Positions 47,707-56,885 of a stretch of 64,000 nt of DNA are shown here, one piece after another. The first letter of the stretch is position 1, and every line of letters begins with the position of its first letter. Source of the DNA: Clostridiales bacterium (lineage in GTDB: Bacteria > Bacillota > Clostridia > Oscillospirales > Oscillospiraceae); contig JAJUGN010000004.1 in assembly GCA_029265975.1 (NCBI GenBank), positions 9,041 through 73,040 on the forward strand, given 5' to 3'. Under the pieces are notes generated by a model. It had not been told where the DNA came from. It did not search any database and saw only the letters and a program-made list of their open reading frames with translations. The translations under genes were made by a program, and so were the position numbers.

Positions 47707-48273
47707 ATGCCTTCAAACATTTTTGGCGGCGGCACGGCGCCGAACAATCCCGCAAAACCCCCAGCGGCTGCGCCTGAAGCTGAAAACAGGCGGCAGCCGC
47801 CATTCAGGCCGCACCCCGCGCCTCTCATAAGCGCAAATCCCCCGCTCTTCAGCCTTACGGCCTTCAAGCAGCTTTCCGCATACCCGAATTACGGAAACCC
47901 CAGCCGGAACGCCGACATTCTTTACACGGGAACACGGGGCGCGTGGAATATCGAGCTCCCCCCGTTTATGCTTGTCCCGGGCAGATTCAGGGCCCAGCTT
48001 GTCATACGGGCGGTGCTAGACGACCATATGAAGGTTCCTGTGAGCAGGTACTCCGCAAGAATAACGATAAACGGCACGCAGGTCCATAACGGCAGGCTGC
48101 CGCTGGAGCACGGCGCTCCGGCGGGCGGAATGTTCGTGAACTGGGGGGAACTCACCTTCAACATACCAAACCCCGGCAAGGACGTCCGCATAATAATAGA
48201 AAACACCTCCGCAGCGGCCCCCGGAGACTGGATAGGCTTGGACTGGATAGAGCTCAGGCAGCACCCGAGATAA
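47707..48273 (+). CDS. Hypothetical protein with Pro-rich N-terminus and beta-rich C-terminal domain
   Basis: AGGAG RBS 8 nt upstream of the ATG. No family recognised. Confidence 0.5.
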   Translation: MPSNIFGGGTAPNNPAKPPAAAPEAENRRQPPFRPHPAPLISANPPLFSLTAFKQLSAYPNYGNPSRNADILYTGTRGAWNIELPPFMLVPGRFRAQLVIRAVLDDHMKVPVSRYSARITINGTQVHNGRLPLEHGAPAGGMFVNWGELTFNIPNPGKDVRIIIENTSAAAPGDWIGLDWIELRQHPR

Positions 48274-48434
48274 AGGGCGCCGCAACTGAAAGGCCTTCGG
48301 AAAAATCCGAAGGCCTTGGCTTGAAACGAGGCTTATTTCTATTGCGTTCCAGGCAATAAAATAATTGTTCTTAAATCTTGAACTTGAAAGATTTGCGGTT
48401 TTGTGATATATTATCTCTTAACGTAGTTGGGCAT

Positions 48435-48510
48435 GCGCCCGTGGCTCAACGGATAGAGCATCAGATTCCGGTTCTGAGGGCTGGGGGTTCGAGTCCCTCC
48501 GGGCGTGCCA
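48435..48510 (+). tRNA. tRNA-Arg (anticodon CCG), CCA encoded
   Basis: Manual cloverleaf: acceptor GCGCCCG/CGGGCGT, D arm GCTC/GAGC, anticodon arm TCAGA-TTCCGGT-TCTGA, T arm GGGGG-TTCGAGT-CCCTC, then GCCA. Confidence 0.9.
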
Positions 48511-48697
48511 GAAATAGAAGTCCCGCAGTCGTTGAGATTGCGGGATTTTTCTTTATATATCAACGGTTTGCGGGCTTTTGATGCGAAAATATTTTTTCGA
48601 TTTTGAAAGCCCGTTAGCATTTCCAGAAACATTATTTTCAACGATTTTGCTAACGAAAATGCTAACAAAAAACCGACGAGCATTACGCGCTCGCCGA

Positions 48698-48724
48698 TTC
48701 GAGTCCCTCCGGGCGTGCCAGAAA
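48698..48724 (+). repeat. Direct repeat of the tRNA-Arg 3' end (att-like)
   Basis: TTCGAGTCCCTCCGGGCGTGCCAGAAA occurs at 48488-48514 (within and after the tRNA) and again at 48698-48724. Confidence 0.8.
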
Positions 48725-48975
48725 GACATATCTTCCGCATACGGCAAGGTATGTCTTTTTATTATTGAATGTGTTATAATAAACCCAAAACGCAAGGCGG
48801 CCGAAGCAATTTCAACCTGCCTTTGCAGGGCCGCGCGGGTACTGGGGACAGCTGGGCCGAAAGGGAGCCGCGAGCCGGTCCCAGGGCCCTTGCTAATTCG
48901 AACGCGGCAAACCTGCGCCGAATAAGGCGGGCAGAGCATGCGGACAATGCCGCCGAGCGCTTGAGAGGTGAAATT

Positions 48976-50187
48976 ATGCGGACGGTGCTCATAATAGGCG
49001 CCGGTGCTTCCGGTATGGCGGCGGCGATAACAGCTGCGGGCTGCGGAGAAAACCGGGTGATACTGATCGAAAAGCAATCACGCCCCGGGAAAAAGCTGCT
49101 CGCGACCGGAAACGGCTGCTGCAACCTTACGAATACGGACATTTCCGCTGAAAACTATTTCGGAGAGGAAAAGGACTTCGCAATCCCTGCGCTGACGCGC
49201 TTCGGTCTTGAATCGACCGTGGGATTTTTCAGATCCCTCGGGCTTCTGACCCGCAGAGAGCGGGGCGGAAAAATATACCCGTACAGCATGCAGGCCTCCA
49301 GCGTGCTCGACGTGCTGAGATTCGCGCTTGACAGGCCCAACGTCGAGCTTTATTGCGATACCGCGGCGGTTTCGATAGAGAAAAAGGGATCAGGCTTCAA
49401 TGTGGCGACAGATAAGGGGTCTTTTTTCGCCGACAGGCTGATAGTGGCCGCCGGAGGAGCGGCCTCTCCGAAGCTCGGCGGAACATGGGACGGCTACAAG
49501 CTTCTTCAGGGGCTGGGACACAGCCGTACGGCTATTTATCCTTCCCTGGTGCAGGTGAAAACGGAAAACACATATCCGCGCGCTCTCAAGGGCATAAAAA
49601 CGGACGCCAGAGCGGCGCTTTACAGCGGCAAAGCAGCCGTTTGCGTGAGCGAGGGCGAAATTTTGTTCACCGAATACGGCCTGAGCGGCCCCGCCGTATT
49701 TGAGCTTTCGCGGTTCGTATCGGCCGAGAGGGACCTTTCAATATCGCTTGACCTCATGCCGGAATATGAGGAAGGCGAGGTGGAAGCCCTGCTCCTGGAA
49801 AACAGAAAAAGCGCGGGCAATCTCGCGTGCGAGAACTTCCTGGCGGGAGTGCTGAACAAAAGGCTGGGACAGATGCTCATGAAGTACAGCGGAATCCCGT
49901 TTTCCGCGCCGGCGGCTTTGCTCAGGGACGCCGAAATAAAAAAGCTTGTCCGCAGCATCAAGAATTTCTCGCTGCCCGTCAAGGGAACGACGGGATTTGA
50001 GAACGCGCAGGTGACGGCGGGAGGGATAAGGACGAAGGAGTTCAGGAGCGACACGCTGGAAAGCAGGCTCTGTCCGAATCTTTTCGCCGCGGGAGAGGTT
50101 CTGGACGTGGACGGACGCTGCGGCGGCTATAACCTTCAATGGGCATGGTCGAGCGGAAGGCTGGCGGGAAAGCTGGGAGCCTTATGA
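48976..50187 (+). CDS. HI0933/BaiN-family FAD-dependent oxidoreductase
   Basis: MRTVLIIGAGASGMAAA dinucleotide fold, KLLATGNGCCNLTN, C-terminal GGYNLQWAWSSG. GAGAGGTG RBS. Confidence 0.85.
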   Translation: MRTVLIIGAGASGMAAAITAAGCGENRVILIEKQSRPGKKLLATGNGCCNLTNTDISAENYFGEEKDFAIPALTRFGLESTVGFFRSLGLLTRRERGGKIYPYSMQASSVLDVLRFALDRPNVELYCDTAAVSIEKKGSGFNVATDKGSFFADRLIVAAGGAASPKLGGTWDGYKLLQGLGHSRTAIYPSLVQVKTENTYPRALKGIKTDARAALYSGKAAVCVSEGEILFTEYGLSGPAVFELSRFVSAERDLSISLDLMPEYEEGEVEALLLENRKSAGNLACENFLAGVLNKRLGQMLMKYSGIPFSAPAALLRDAEIKKLVRSIKNFSLPVKGTTGFENAQVTAGGIRTKEFRSDTLESRLCPNLFAAGEVLDVDGRCGGYNLQWAWSSGRLAGKLGAL

Positions 50188-51770
50188 TCAGAATAAACGA
50201 TATATTTCTTTCCCCGGACGAAGACGAGAGCCTGCTGCCCCGCAGGTGCGCGGAGCTTTTGAATATCCCGGAATCGGGAATCCTGTCCTGCAGGATAAGA
50301 AAAAAGTCGCTGGACGCGAGAAGGAAAGGCGAAATACGCTTCGTGTATGCGGTGGATGCGGAGACCGATTGCGAAGACGCAGTCCTGAAGCGTACAAGCA
50401 GCCCCAAGATTACTAGGGCCGAGGATTACGAATACGAAATTCCGAGGGCGGATTCGGACAAAAGACCGCTCATAGCCGGTTTCGGGCCCGCCGGAATGTT
50501 CGCCGGACTCGTTCTCGCGGAAGCGGGACTGAGGCCCGTAATCATCGAGAGAGGGCTTGACGCGAAGGCGCGCCGGGAGAAAGTGGACCTTTTCTGGAGA
50601 AACGGAAAGCTCGATCCGGATTGCAACGTGCAGTTCGGGGAGGGAGGAGCGGGCACCTTCTCGGATGGCAAGCTTACGACCGGCACGAAAAACGTGAGGA
50701 TAAAATGGGTGCTTGAGCAGTATGTTTCGGCGGGCGCGCCCCGGAATATTCTATACGACGCAAAGCCACATATCGGCACGGACATCCTGGTGACGGTCGT
50801 GCAGAATTTAAGGAAGCGCATTGAGAGCCTAGGCGGAGAGGTGAGGTTCGGGCACAGGCTTTCGGGCTTTCATGCCCGAAACGGAGTATGCTCGGTTTCC
50901 GTAGAAGCGGCGGAGGGGGCATACGATTTGAGCTGCTCAGAGCTAATCCTCTCGATCGGGCACAGCGCAAGGGACACATTTGAGATGCTTTATTCGAGCG
51001 GCGTCGCGATGGAGCCCAAGCCGTTTTCGCTGGGGGTCAGGATCGAACACCTCCAGAAAAACATAGACAGAGCCCAGTACGGCGCCTTTGCCGGTCACGC
51101 CGCGCTTCCGCCCTCGGATTACAAGCTGTCGTGCCACCTTGAGAACGGCTCCGCCTACACCTTCTGCATGTGTCCGGGCGGCTACGTCGTCGCCGCCTCT
51201 TCCGAGGAGGGCGGCGTTGTGACAAACGGAATGAGCTTTTCGCTGCGGGACGGCAAAAACGCAAACGCCGCGCTGCTTGTCGCCGTCACGCCGGAGGACT
51301 TCCCGGACAAGACTCCTCTGGGGGGTATGTACTGGCAGCGCGAGATAGAAAGGGCGGCCTTTGCCGAGGGAGGAGGAAATTACAGCGCCGTGTCCCAGCT
51401 TGTCGGCGATTTTTTAAGAAAAAGGCCCAGCACAGGCCCGAAAAGCGTTGTCCCCAGCTATAAGCCCGGCGTGAAATACGGGGATATCCGGAAAGTCCTG
51501 CCTCCTTCGATATGCGCCGCCCTGGCTTCGGCGATACCGGAGCTTTCAAAAAAGCTGCGCGGCTTCGATGATCCCGAGGCGGTTCTCACAGCACCGGAAA
51601 CGAGGAGCTCGTCCCCGGTGCGAATCGTTCGCGGTGAAAACAGGGAGGCCAGCGTGCCCGGAATTTATCCCTGCGGGGAGGGCGCGGGCTACGCGGGCGG
51701 AATAATGTCAGCCGCGGTGGACGGCATGCTGACTGCGGAAGCGGTAATAGAAAAGTATTTGAAAAAATAA
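50184..51770 (+). CDS. FAD-dependent protein (COG2509-like NAD(FAD)-utilising dehydrogenase)
   Basis: ATGA start/stop overlap with the upstream gene. GFGPAGMFAGLVLAEAG fold and C-terminal CGEGAGYAGGI. Confidence 0.85.
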   Translation: MIRINDIFLSPDEDESLLPRRCAELLNIPESGILSCRIRKKSLDARRKGEIRFVYAVDAETDCEDAVLKRTSSPKITRAEDYEYEIPRADSDKRPLIAGFGPAGMFAGLVLAEAGLRPVIIERGLDAKARREKVDLFWRNGKLDPDCNVQFGEGGAGTFSDGKLTTGTKNVRIKWVLEQYVSAGAPRNILYDAKPHIGTDILVTVVQNLRKRIESLGGEVRFGHRLSGFHARNGVCSVSVEAAEGAYDLSCSELILSIGHSARDTFEMLYSSGVAMEPKPFSLGVRIEHLQKNIDRAQYGAFAGHAALPPSDYKLSCHLENGSAYTFCMCPGGYVVAASSEEGGVVTNGMSFSLRDGKNANAALLVAVTPEDFPDKTPLGGMYWQREIERAAFAEGGGNYSAVSQLVGDFLRKRPSTGPKSVVPSYKPGVKYGDIRKVLPPSICAALASAIPELSKKLRGFDDPEAVLTAPETRSSSPVRIVRGENREASVPGIYPCGEGAGYAGGIMSAAVDGMLTAEAVIEKYLKK

Positions 51771-51832
51771 GGGGCCGCGGAAAAACGTATCTGCCGCGGC
51801 AAGCTGCGCAAAGAAACAGGCCGGCGAATAAG

Positions 51833-51885
51833 AAAATGCGCTTTGAAATGGCTTTTTGGGCCAAATCAAGGCGCATTTTTTGTGC
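51833..51885. terminator. Bidirectional terminator between convergent genes
   Basis: AAAATGCGC ... GCGCATTTT outer stem with an inner TGGC/GCCA helix. T-runs on both strands. Confidence 0.6.
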
Positions 51886-51935
51886 AATGTTTTTTCCGGC
51901 GAGGGCGTTTTGCCATAGCCGCGTTATTATAATTA

Positions 51936-53867
51936 CTATCTTATTTTCGAGCCTGGCGCGACGTCGCCGTCGACAAAAATTACTCTTGCGGCGTCTCCGG
52001 AATCGGCGGCAAGTATCATTCCGCGGCTTTCCTCACCTCTGAGCTTTGCGGGAGCGAGATTTGAGACCAGAATCACGTTCTTTCCGACAAGGTCGCCGGG
52101 CTCGTACCACTTTCTTATGCCGGAAACAACCTGCCTCGTTTCGCCTCCCAGATCCACCTTCAGCTTCAGAAGCTTGTCAGATTTCGGAACGGGCTCGGCG
52201 GAAACCACCTTTGCCACGCGCAGCTCGGTTCTGGCGAATTCGTCTATCGTGATCTCCGGAGCCTGGGGTGCTTTTTCGGGGGGGTCTGCCGCCGGCCCGG
52301 CTTTTGCGGATTCAAGCTCCTCGAGCTTCTTTTGCATATCTATGCGGGCAAAGAGTATTTCGGGTGTTGCGATTTTATGGCCCGACTCGAGAGCCCCGAA
52401 GGCGTTCAGGCTTTCCCAGCTGGAAGGCTCTATCCCGAGCTGCCTGAAAATCTTGCTGCCGGTTCCGGGCAGGAAGGGGCTGATGAGCGTCGCGGCGAAG
52501 CGTATGGTTTCAAGGAGGTTATACAGCACGGTTTCAAGCCGCGCCTTGCTTTCGGGGCTTTTTCCAAGCACCCATGGAGAGGTTTCGTCTATATATTTGT
52601 TGGCGCGCCTAAGGAGCGTGAAAATTTCGTCTATGGCGTCCGCCACGCGGAGCTCCGACATTTTGGCCTCAACTTTTGCGGGCGTTGCCAGGCAGAGGGA
52701 AATAAGGTCGCTGTCGTATTCTCCGGCGCAGCCCGGGTTGTTGACGAAGCCGTCCGAATACTTAATGCACATTGCAAGCGTGCGGTTCACAAGGTTCCCC
52801 AGAATGTTCGCAAGGTCGGAGTTTATTCTCTCGATCAGAAGCTCGTAGGTGAAGGTGCCGTCGCTGGCGAAAGGCATTTCATGGAGCATGAAATAGCGGA
52901 CTGCGTCCACGCCGAAAGCTTCCGCAAGGTCGTCGGCGTAGACGACGTTGCCCTTGGACTTGCTCATTTTGCCGTCCCCGACCAGAAGCCAGGGGTGACC
53001 GAAAACCTGCTTGGGCAGCTCAATGCCGAGGGCCATCAGCATTATCGGCCAGTAAATCGTGTGGAAGCGGAGTATGTCCTTTCCGATGAGATGGACGTCG
53101 GCGGGCCAGTACTTTCTGAAGGTTTCTCCGTGGTTTCCGTCCGCGTCGTAGCCGGGAAGCGTAATATAGTTTGACAGCGCGTCTATCCAGACATAAACGA
53201 CATGTCTCGGATCAAAGGTGACAGGAATGCCCCATTTGAAGCTGGTGCGGGAAACGCAGAGATCCTGAAGCCCCGGCTTTAAGAAGTTGTTGATCATTTC
53301 GTTCCTGCGGGACTCAGGCTGTATGAAGGCGGGGTTCTTCTCTATGTGCTCCATAAGACGGTCCGTATATTTGGAAAGGCGGAAGAAGTAAGCTTCCTCC
53401 TCCGCTTCCTTGACGTCCCTGCCGCAGTCCGGGCATTTGCCGTCAACAAGCTGGCTCTCCGTCCAGAAGCTCTCGCAGGGGGTGCAGTATAGCCCTTTAT
53501 ATACGCTCTTGTATATATCGCCCTGCTCGTAAAGCTTGGTGAATATCCTTTGCACCTGCTTTTCATGCACGGGATCGGTAGTGCGGACAAAACGGTCGTA
53601 GGACGTGTCCATCACGTCCCAGATGCGCTTTATTTCAGCCGCGACTCCGTCCACAAAGGTCCGGGGATCGACGCCCGCCGCGGCGGCCTTTTCCTCTATC
53701 TTCTGCCCATGCTCGTCCGTGCCGGTCTGAAAGTATACGTCGTATCCGGTAAGGCGCTTGAAGCGGCAGATGGCGTCGGCAAGCACTATTTCGTAGGTGT
53801 TTCCGATGTGCGGTTTTCCGGAGGTATAGGTAATGGCGGTGGTAAGGTAAAATTTCCCCTTGTTCAT
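51936..53867 (-). CDS. metG: Methionine--tRNA ligase with C-terminal tRNA-binding domain
   Basis: HIGN motif (GKPHIGNTYE), KMSKS, four-Cys knuckle (CTPCE...CPDCG), and a Trbp111-like C-terminus. Confidence 0.95.
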   Translation of the reverse strand: MNKGKFYLTTAITYTSGKPHIGNTYEIVLADAICRFKRLTGYDVYFQTGTDEHGQKIEEKAAAAGVDPRTFVDGVAAEIKRIWDVMDTSYDRFVRTTDPVHEKQVQRIFTKLYEQGDIYKSVYKGLYCTPCESFWTESQLVDGKCPDCGRDVKEAEEEAYFFRLSKYTDRLMEHIEKNPAFIQPESRRNEMINNFLKPGLQDLCVSRTSFKWGIPVTFDPRHVVYVWIDALSNYITLPGYDADGNHGETFRKYWPADVHLIGKDILRFHTIYWPIMLMALGIELPKQVFGHPWLLVGDGKMSKSKGNVVYADDLAEAFGVDAVRYFMLHEMPFASDGTFTYELLIERINSDLANILGNLVNRTLAMCIKYSDGFVNNPGCAGEYDSDLISLCLATPAKVEAKMSELRVADAIDEIFTLLRRANKYIDETSPWVLGKSPESKARLETVLYNLLETIRFAATLISPFLPGTGSKIFRQLGIEPSSWESLNAFGALESGHKIATPEILFARIDMQKKLEELESAKAGPAADPPEKAPQAPEITIDEFARTELRVAKVVSAEPVPKSDKLLKLKVDLGGETRQVVSGIRKWYEPGDLVGKNVILVSNLAPAKLRGEESRGMILAADSGDAARVIFVDGDVAPGSKIR

Positions 53868-53991
53868 GAATAATCCTCCTCGGGGTTTGATGCAGGTTGG
53901 ACATTATTTTACCACCAAATTAAGTCAAAATGCAACAAAAATAAAAAGGCTGGGTATCCGGAGCGTATATCGTATTTTAATCGGCTTGGGG

Positions 53992-54909
53992 TCAGAACCA
54001 TTTTTTCTTTTTGAAGTAAAGGAAACAGGCGCCCACTATGAGTACAGAAAGGCAGATTACCATGGGATAGCCGTATTCCCAGCCGAATTCGGGCATTTTC
54101 AGATTCATGCCGTACCAGCCGACAAGAAGCGTAAGCGGAAGAAAGACTGCCGTAAGCACAGTAAAAATCTTCATTATGTTGTTCAGCCCTATGTCCACCT
54201 CGGCCTGGTAAGCCTCCCGCACCTGGGTGACGTAATCGCGGAGGTTCAGTATCGTGCGGTAGCGCCTGTCCGCCTTGCCGTCAAAAATCTTAAAATATCG
54301 GAGGGAGGTTTCCGAAAGCAGGGAGTTTTCGTTTTCCAGAAGCTCGTCGAGCACGTTGAGAAGCTGCTCATAATAACGCTTGAGGACGAGAAGCCGCTTC
54401 CTCAAAGCCGCTATTTCCTTAACGAAGCTTCCTCCCCTTGATTCCAGCAGGGCGTCCTCAAGGTCGGCGATTTCCTGCTCTATGCTGTCGATCTCGCCGC
54501 AGTCCTCCGCTATGAGCCTTTCAAAAAAGTTGTTCAGCAGGCGGTCAAAGCCCGGAAATCCGCCCGGTTCGCTGAACCGAAGCAGTATTTTCTCGGCTCC
54601 GGGGGCGTTTTCAAGCAGAAACAGGATAAAATTCTCCTTCAGATATATGTGAACTTTGCCGACGGGTTCATCCGAATCGTAGGAGCCGCGTATATCCAGG
54701 CTCATAAAATCGTAGCCCTCCGAGTTTTCGTAAAGCATGGTTCTTGTCCCGGCGCACTCGACGGCATGATTCCCGCCGAAGCCGAAGCTTTCAGCTGCTC
54801 CGAGGCTCTCGGAATAGTCCAAAAAGCCAAAGTACTTTTCGTAACCCGAAAGGTCTATATTCCCGGGCTCGACTTCAATAAGCCTGCCGTTTTCGATCTT
54901 AAAAAACAT
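53992..54909 (-). CDS. corA: CorA-family magnesium/cobalt transporter
   Basis: GWYGMN motif before the last two TM helices. Confidence 0.9.
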   Translation of the reverse strand: MFFKIENGRLIEVEPGNIDLSGYEKYFGFLDYSESLGAAESFGFGGNHAVECAGTRTMLYENSEGYDFMSLDIRGSYDSDEPVGKVHIYLKENFILFLLENAPGAEKILLRFSEPGGFPGFDRLLNNFFERLIAEDCGEIDSIEQEIADLEDALLESRGGSFVKEIAALRKRLLVLKRYYEQLLNVLDELLENENSLLSETSLRYFKIFDGKADRRYRTILNLRDYVTQVREAYQAEVDIGLNNIMKIFTVLTAVFLPLTLLVGWYGMNLKMPEFGWEYGYPMVICLSVLIVGACFLYFKKKKWF

Positions 54910-54954
54910 AAAAGAAAACCTTCCTCGAGATGTCTTTAAAAAAGCAGAGGCGCT

Positions 54955-56265
54955 TCAGACGCAGGGGTGAGGGCAGTCGGGGCATCCTCTGAGGCTCTTC
55001 GCGGCCATTATGCGGAATTCGTTTCCGTCGTTCAGAATAACGGGCTTTTCGGCGCCCTTTGCGCAGACCACCGCCTCGTACGAAACTGTTTTGCCGGTGC
55101 GGTCTTTTGCGGTCAGCTCGAGGTGGTTCCTGACGAGGCGCCAGCCCTTTTCGCTCATTATGTGCACCGGTATTTTCACGCCTACCTGGGCTATCGCCTC
55201 CGGTTCTATCCGCGACCTCACCACCCTGGATGCGCAGGACCATATGAGGTCGGCGTTTTTCTGCATGGCGTCGGCGTTCGCCTCGTCGATGCCCGTCGAA
55301 CAGAGCCCGAACTTGTAAATCGTCACCCCGTCCTTTTCGAGTCCCGATATCTCGTTAAGGAGTATGTTGTCCATCCACGCCACTGAAACGGCGATTTTTT
55401 TATAGCCCAGCGCAATCGCGAGCTTCACTCCCGCGAGCTGGTCTATAACTGCGGTGTGCGGAAAAACCGGGATAATCTTCGCCTTGATCGCCGTGTCCAC
55501 GATTTCGCGGGACGGACTGGTCAGAAAAAGCCCCGTCATCCTTTTAACCGCGCCCTGCGTGTTGCTGTCGTCGGTCGTTATTATTGTTCCGAGATTATTG
55601 GATACGATAACCGCGGCGTCAAGAAGACCGCTTCTGAAGGCGGTGCTCATGGTTTCCGAGGCGCCGAACAGCACGTTTGCCTCACAGGAATTTAAGGGGC
55701 GCGAGGTGTCAAAATACCCGCCTTTTATCACTACCTCGTTTATGAGCCTTGTCATCAGCTCCGTCTGGTTGGCGGCGTCGCCGGACTCGACGGATGCAAG
55801 AAGGTTTTCCGCCGTTTTTCCGCCCACTTCCTTAAGCAGCTGGCGCATAAGCGGGCAGTAGCGAATCGGCACGGGGGTTGCTTTGCGCGCCTCCAGACCG
55901 CCCTTTGTCCGCTCTATATAGACAAAGCTGCCGAACATTCTTGTTATATGAATTTCGTTTTCCTCATAGAATTTCTCCAGAGCGTCGAGAAAGGCATTGA
56001 TAAACGGCCGAAGCGCATCTTCGTTTTGGGAGTCCGTCTCAAGCGCAATCTCGTCCCTGCCGATTGCCGGAGCGGAAAAGGAAAAAGCTCCCTCTGCAAG
56101 GCTCATAGCCTCGCCTATAAGGCGGTTCAGAACCTCGCCGCTTATAGGCTCGGGAATTGAAAAATCGGAGAAGTACCTGGAAAGATCCCTGTTTTGCTTG
56201 CGAAAAAATACCCTGATCCCGCTTTCGGTTTTTTCGATTCTGTATTCAGCCGTTGTTTTTTTCAT
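54955..56265 (-). CDS. Hypothetical protein, possibly DUF2099 (methanogenesis-marker-8-like), with C-terminal CPDCPHPC motif
   Basis: GGGGTGA RBS. The segment FGASETM...GLLDAAVIVSNNLGTIITTD resembles DUF2099 from memory only. Confidence 0.6.
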   Translation of the reverse strand: MKKTTAEYRIEKTESGIRVFFRKQNRDLSRYFSDFSIPEPISGEVLNRLIGEAMSLAEGAFSFSAPAIGRDEIALETDSQNEDALRPFINAFLDALEKFYEENEIHITRMFGSFVYIERTKGGLEARKATPVPIRYCPLMRQLLKEVGGKTAENLLASVESGDAANQTELMTRLINEVVIKGGYFDTSRPLNSCEANVLFGASETMSTAFRSGLLDAAVIVSNNLGTIITTDDSNTQGAVKRMTGLFLTSPSREIVDTAIKAKIIPVFPHTAVIDQLAGVKLAIALGYKKIAVSVAWMDNILLNEISGLEKDGVTIYKFGLCSTGIDEANADAMQKNADLIWSCASRVVRSRIEPEAIAQVGVKIPVHIMSEKGWRLVRNHLELTAKDRTGKTVSYEAVVCAKGAEKPVILNDGNEFRIMAAKSLRGCPDCPHPCV

Positions 56266-56453
56266 AATATTCACCCCGATGACGGCATGCGGAAGCCTCT
56301 GTCCCGGCCTGCGGCATCGCGTCAGGCGAGCCGGGAAGAGGAGCCCGTTTTTTTCCATTGTATCATTTCAAAGCCTTTTCGTATACGACGATTTTTTGCT
56401 ATTAAAACATTAATTTTTTAATTTTACAATATCTTATTTACCGGGCTATATTA

Positions 56454-56716
56454 TGGTATAATATCTGCAAAACAGATATTATACCATGCAGCTTGTCAAA
56501 GAACTTGTTTGCAGCAAAAAAGCTTCGCGGAATTTCCGCCACGAATGGCGGAAAAAAGTCAAATCTGTCATTTCCGGCGGCGTGTACGTCGGGAATGACA
56601 CCTCTCATGACGGGCGCGGAAGAGCGGCCGTCATTAAACCCCCTTGTCAAAAAAGCCCTTTGGGCTTTTTTGACAGTCTGTGGTATAATATCTGCAAAAC
56701 AGATATTATACCATGC
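56454..56716 (+). mobile_element. Hairpin-duplicating structured element, copy 3 (191-nt unit 56490-56680 plus 36-bp flanking direct repeats)
   Basis: TGGTATAATATCTGCAAAACAGATATTATACCATGC at 56454-56489 and 56681-56716. The unit has imperfect TIRs and four serial hairpins. Confidence 0.75.
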
Positions 56717-56885
56717 GCATGCGCCCTCTCCGAGGGCGAGCCCGAATCAAACTCGTTTCGCTCCGCTCCTTTGAGCCGGAAGCAAAACACGGCCGCATAC
56801 CATTTGGCAATTATACAAGGCGCAGCCCCAAGTCGGGGTTCCTGCCGCCGTGCTCGGCCGCGCCTTGCGCAGAAAGGGGAAAAAT

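Noticed and set aside
56438-56774. Small ORFs crossing the repeated ~190-nt element (also 28734-29285, 46074-46625, 58321-58651)
   Set aside because: The copies differ by a 1-nt indel (GGAAACAAAGTC vs GGAAAAAAGTC) and by truncation. No reading frame is therefore conserved between copies. Substitutions preserve stems rather than codons.
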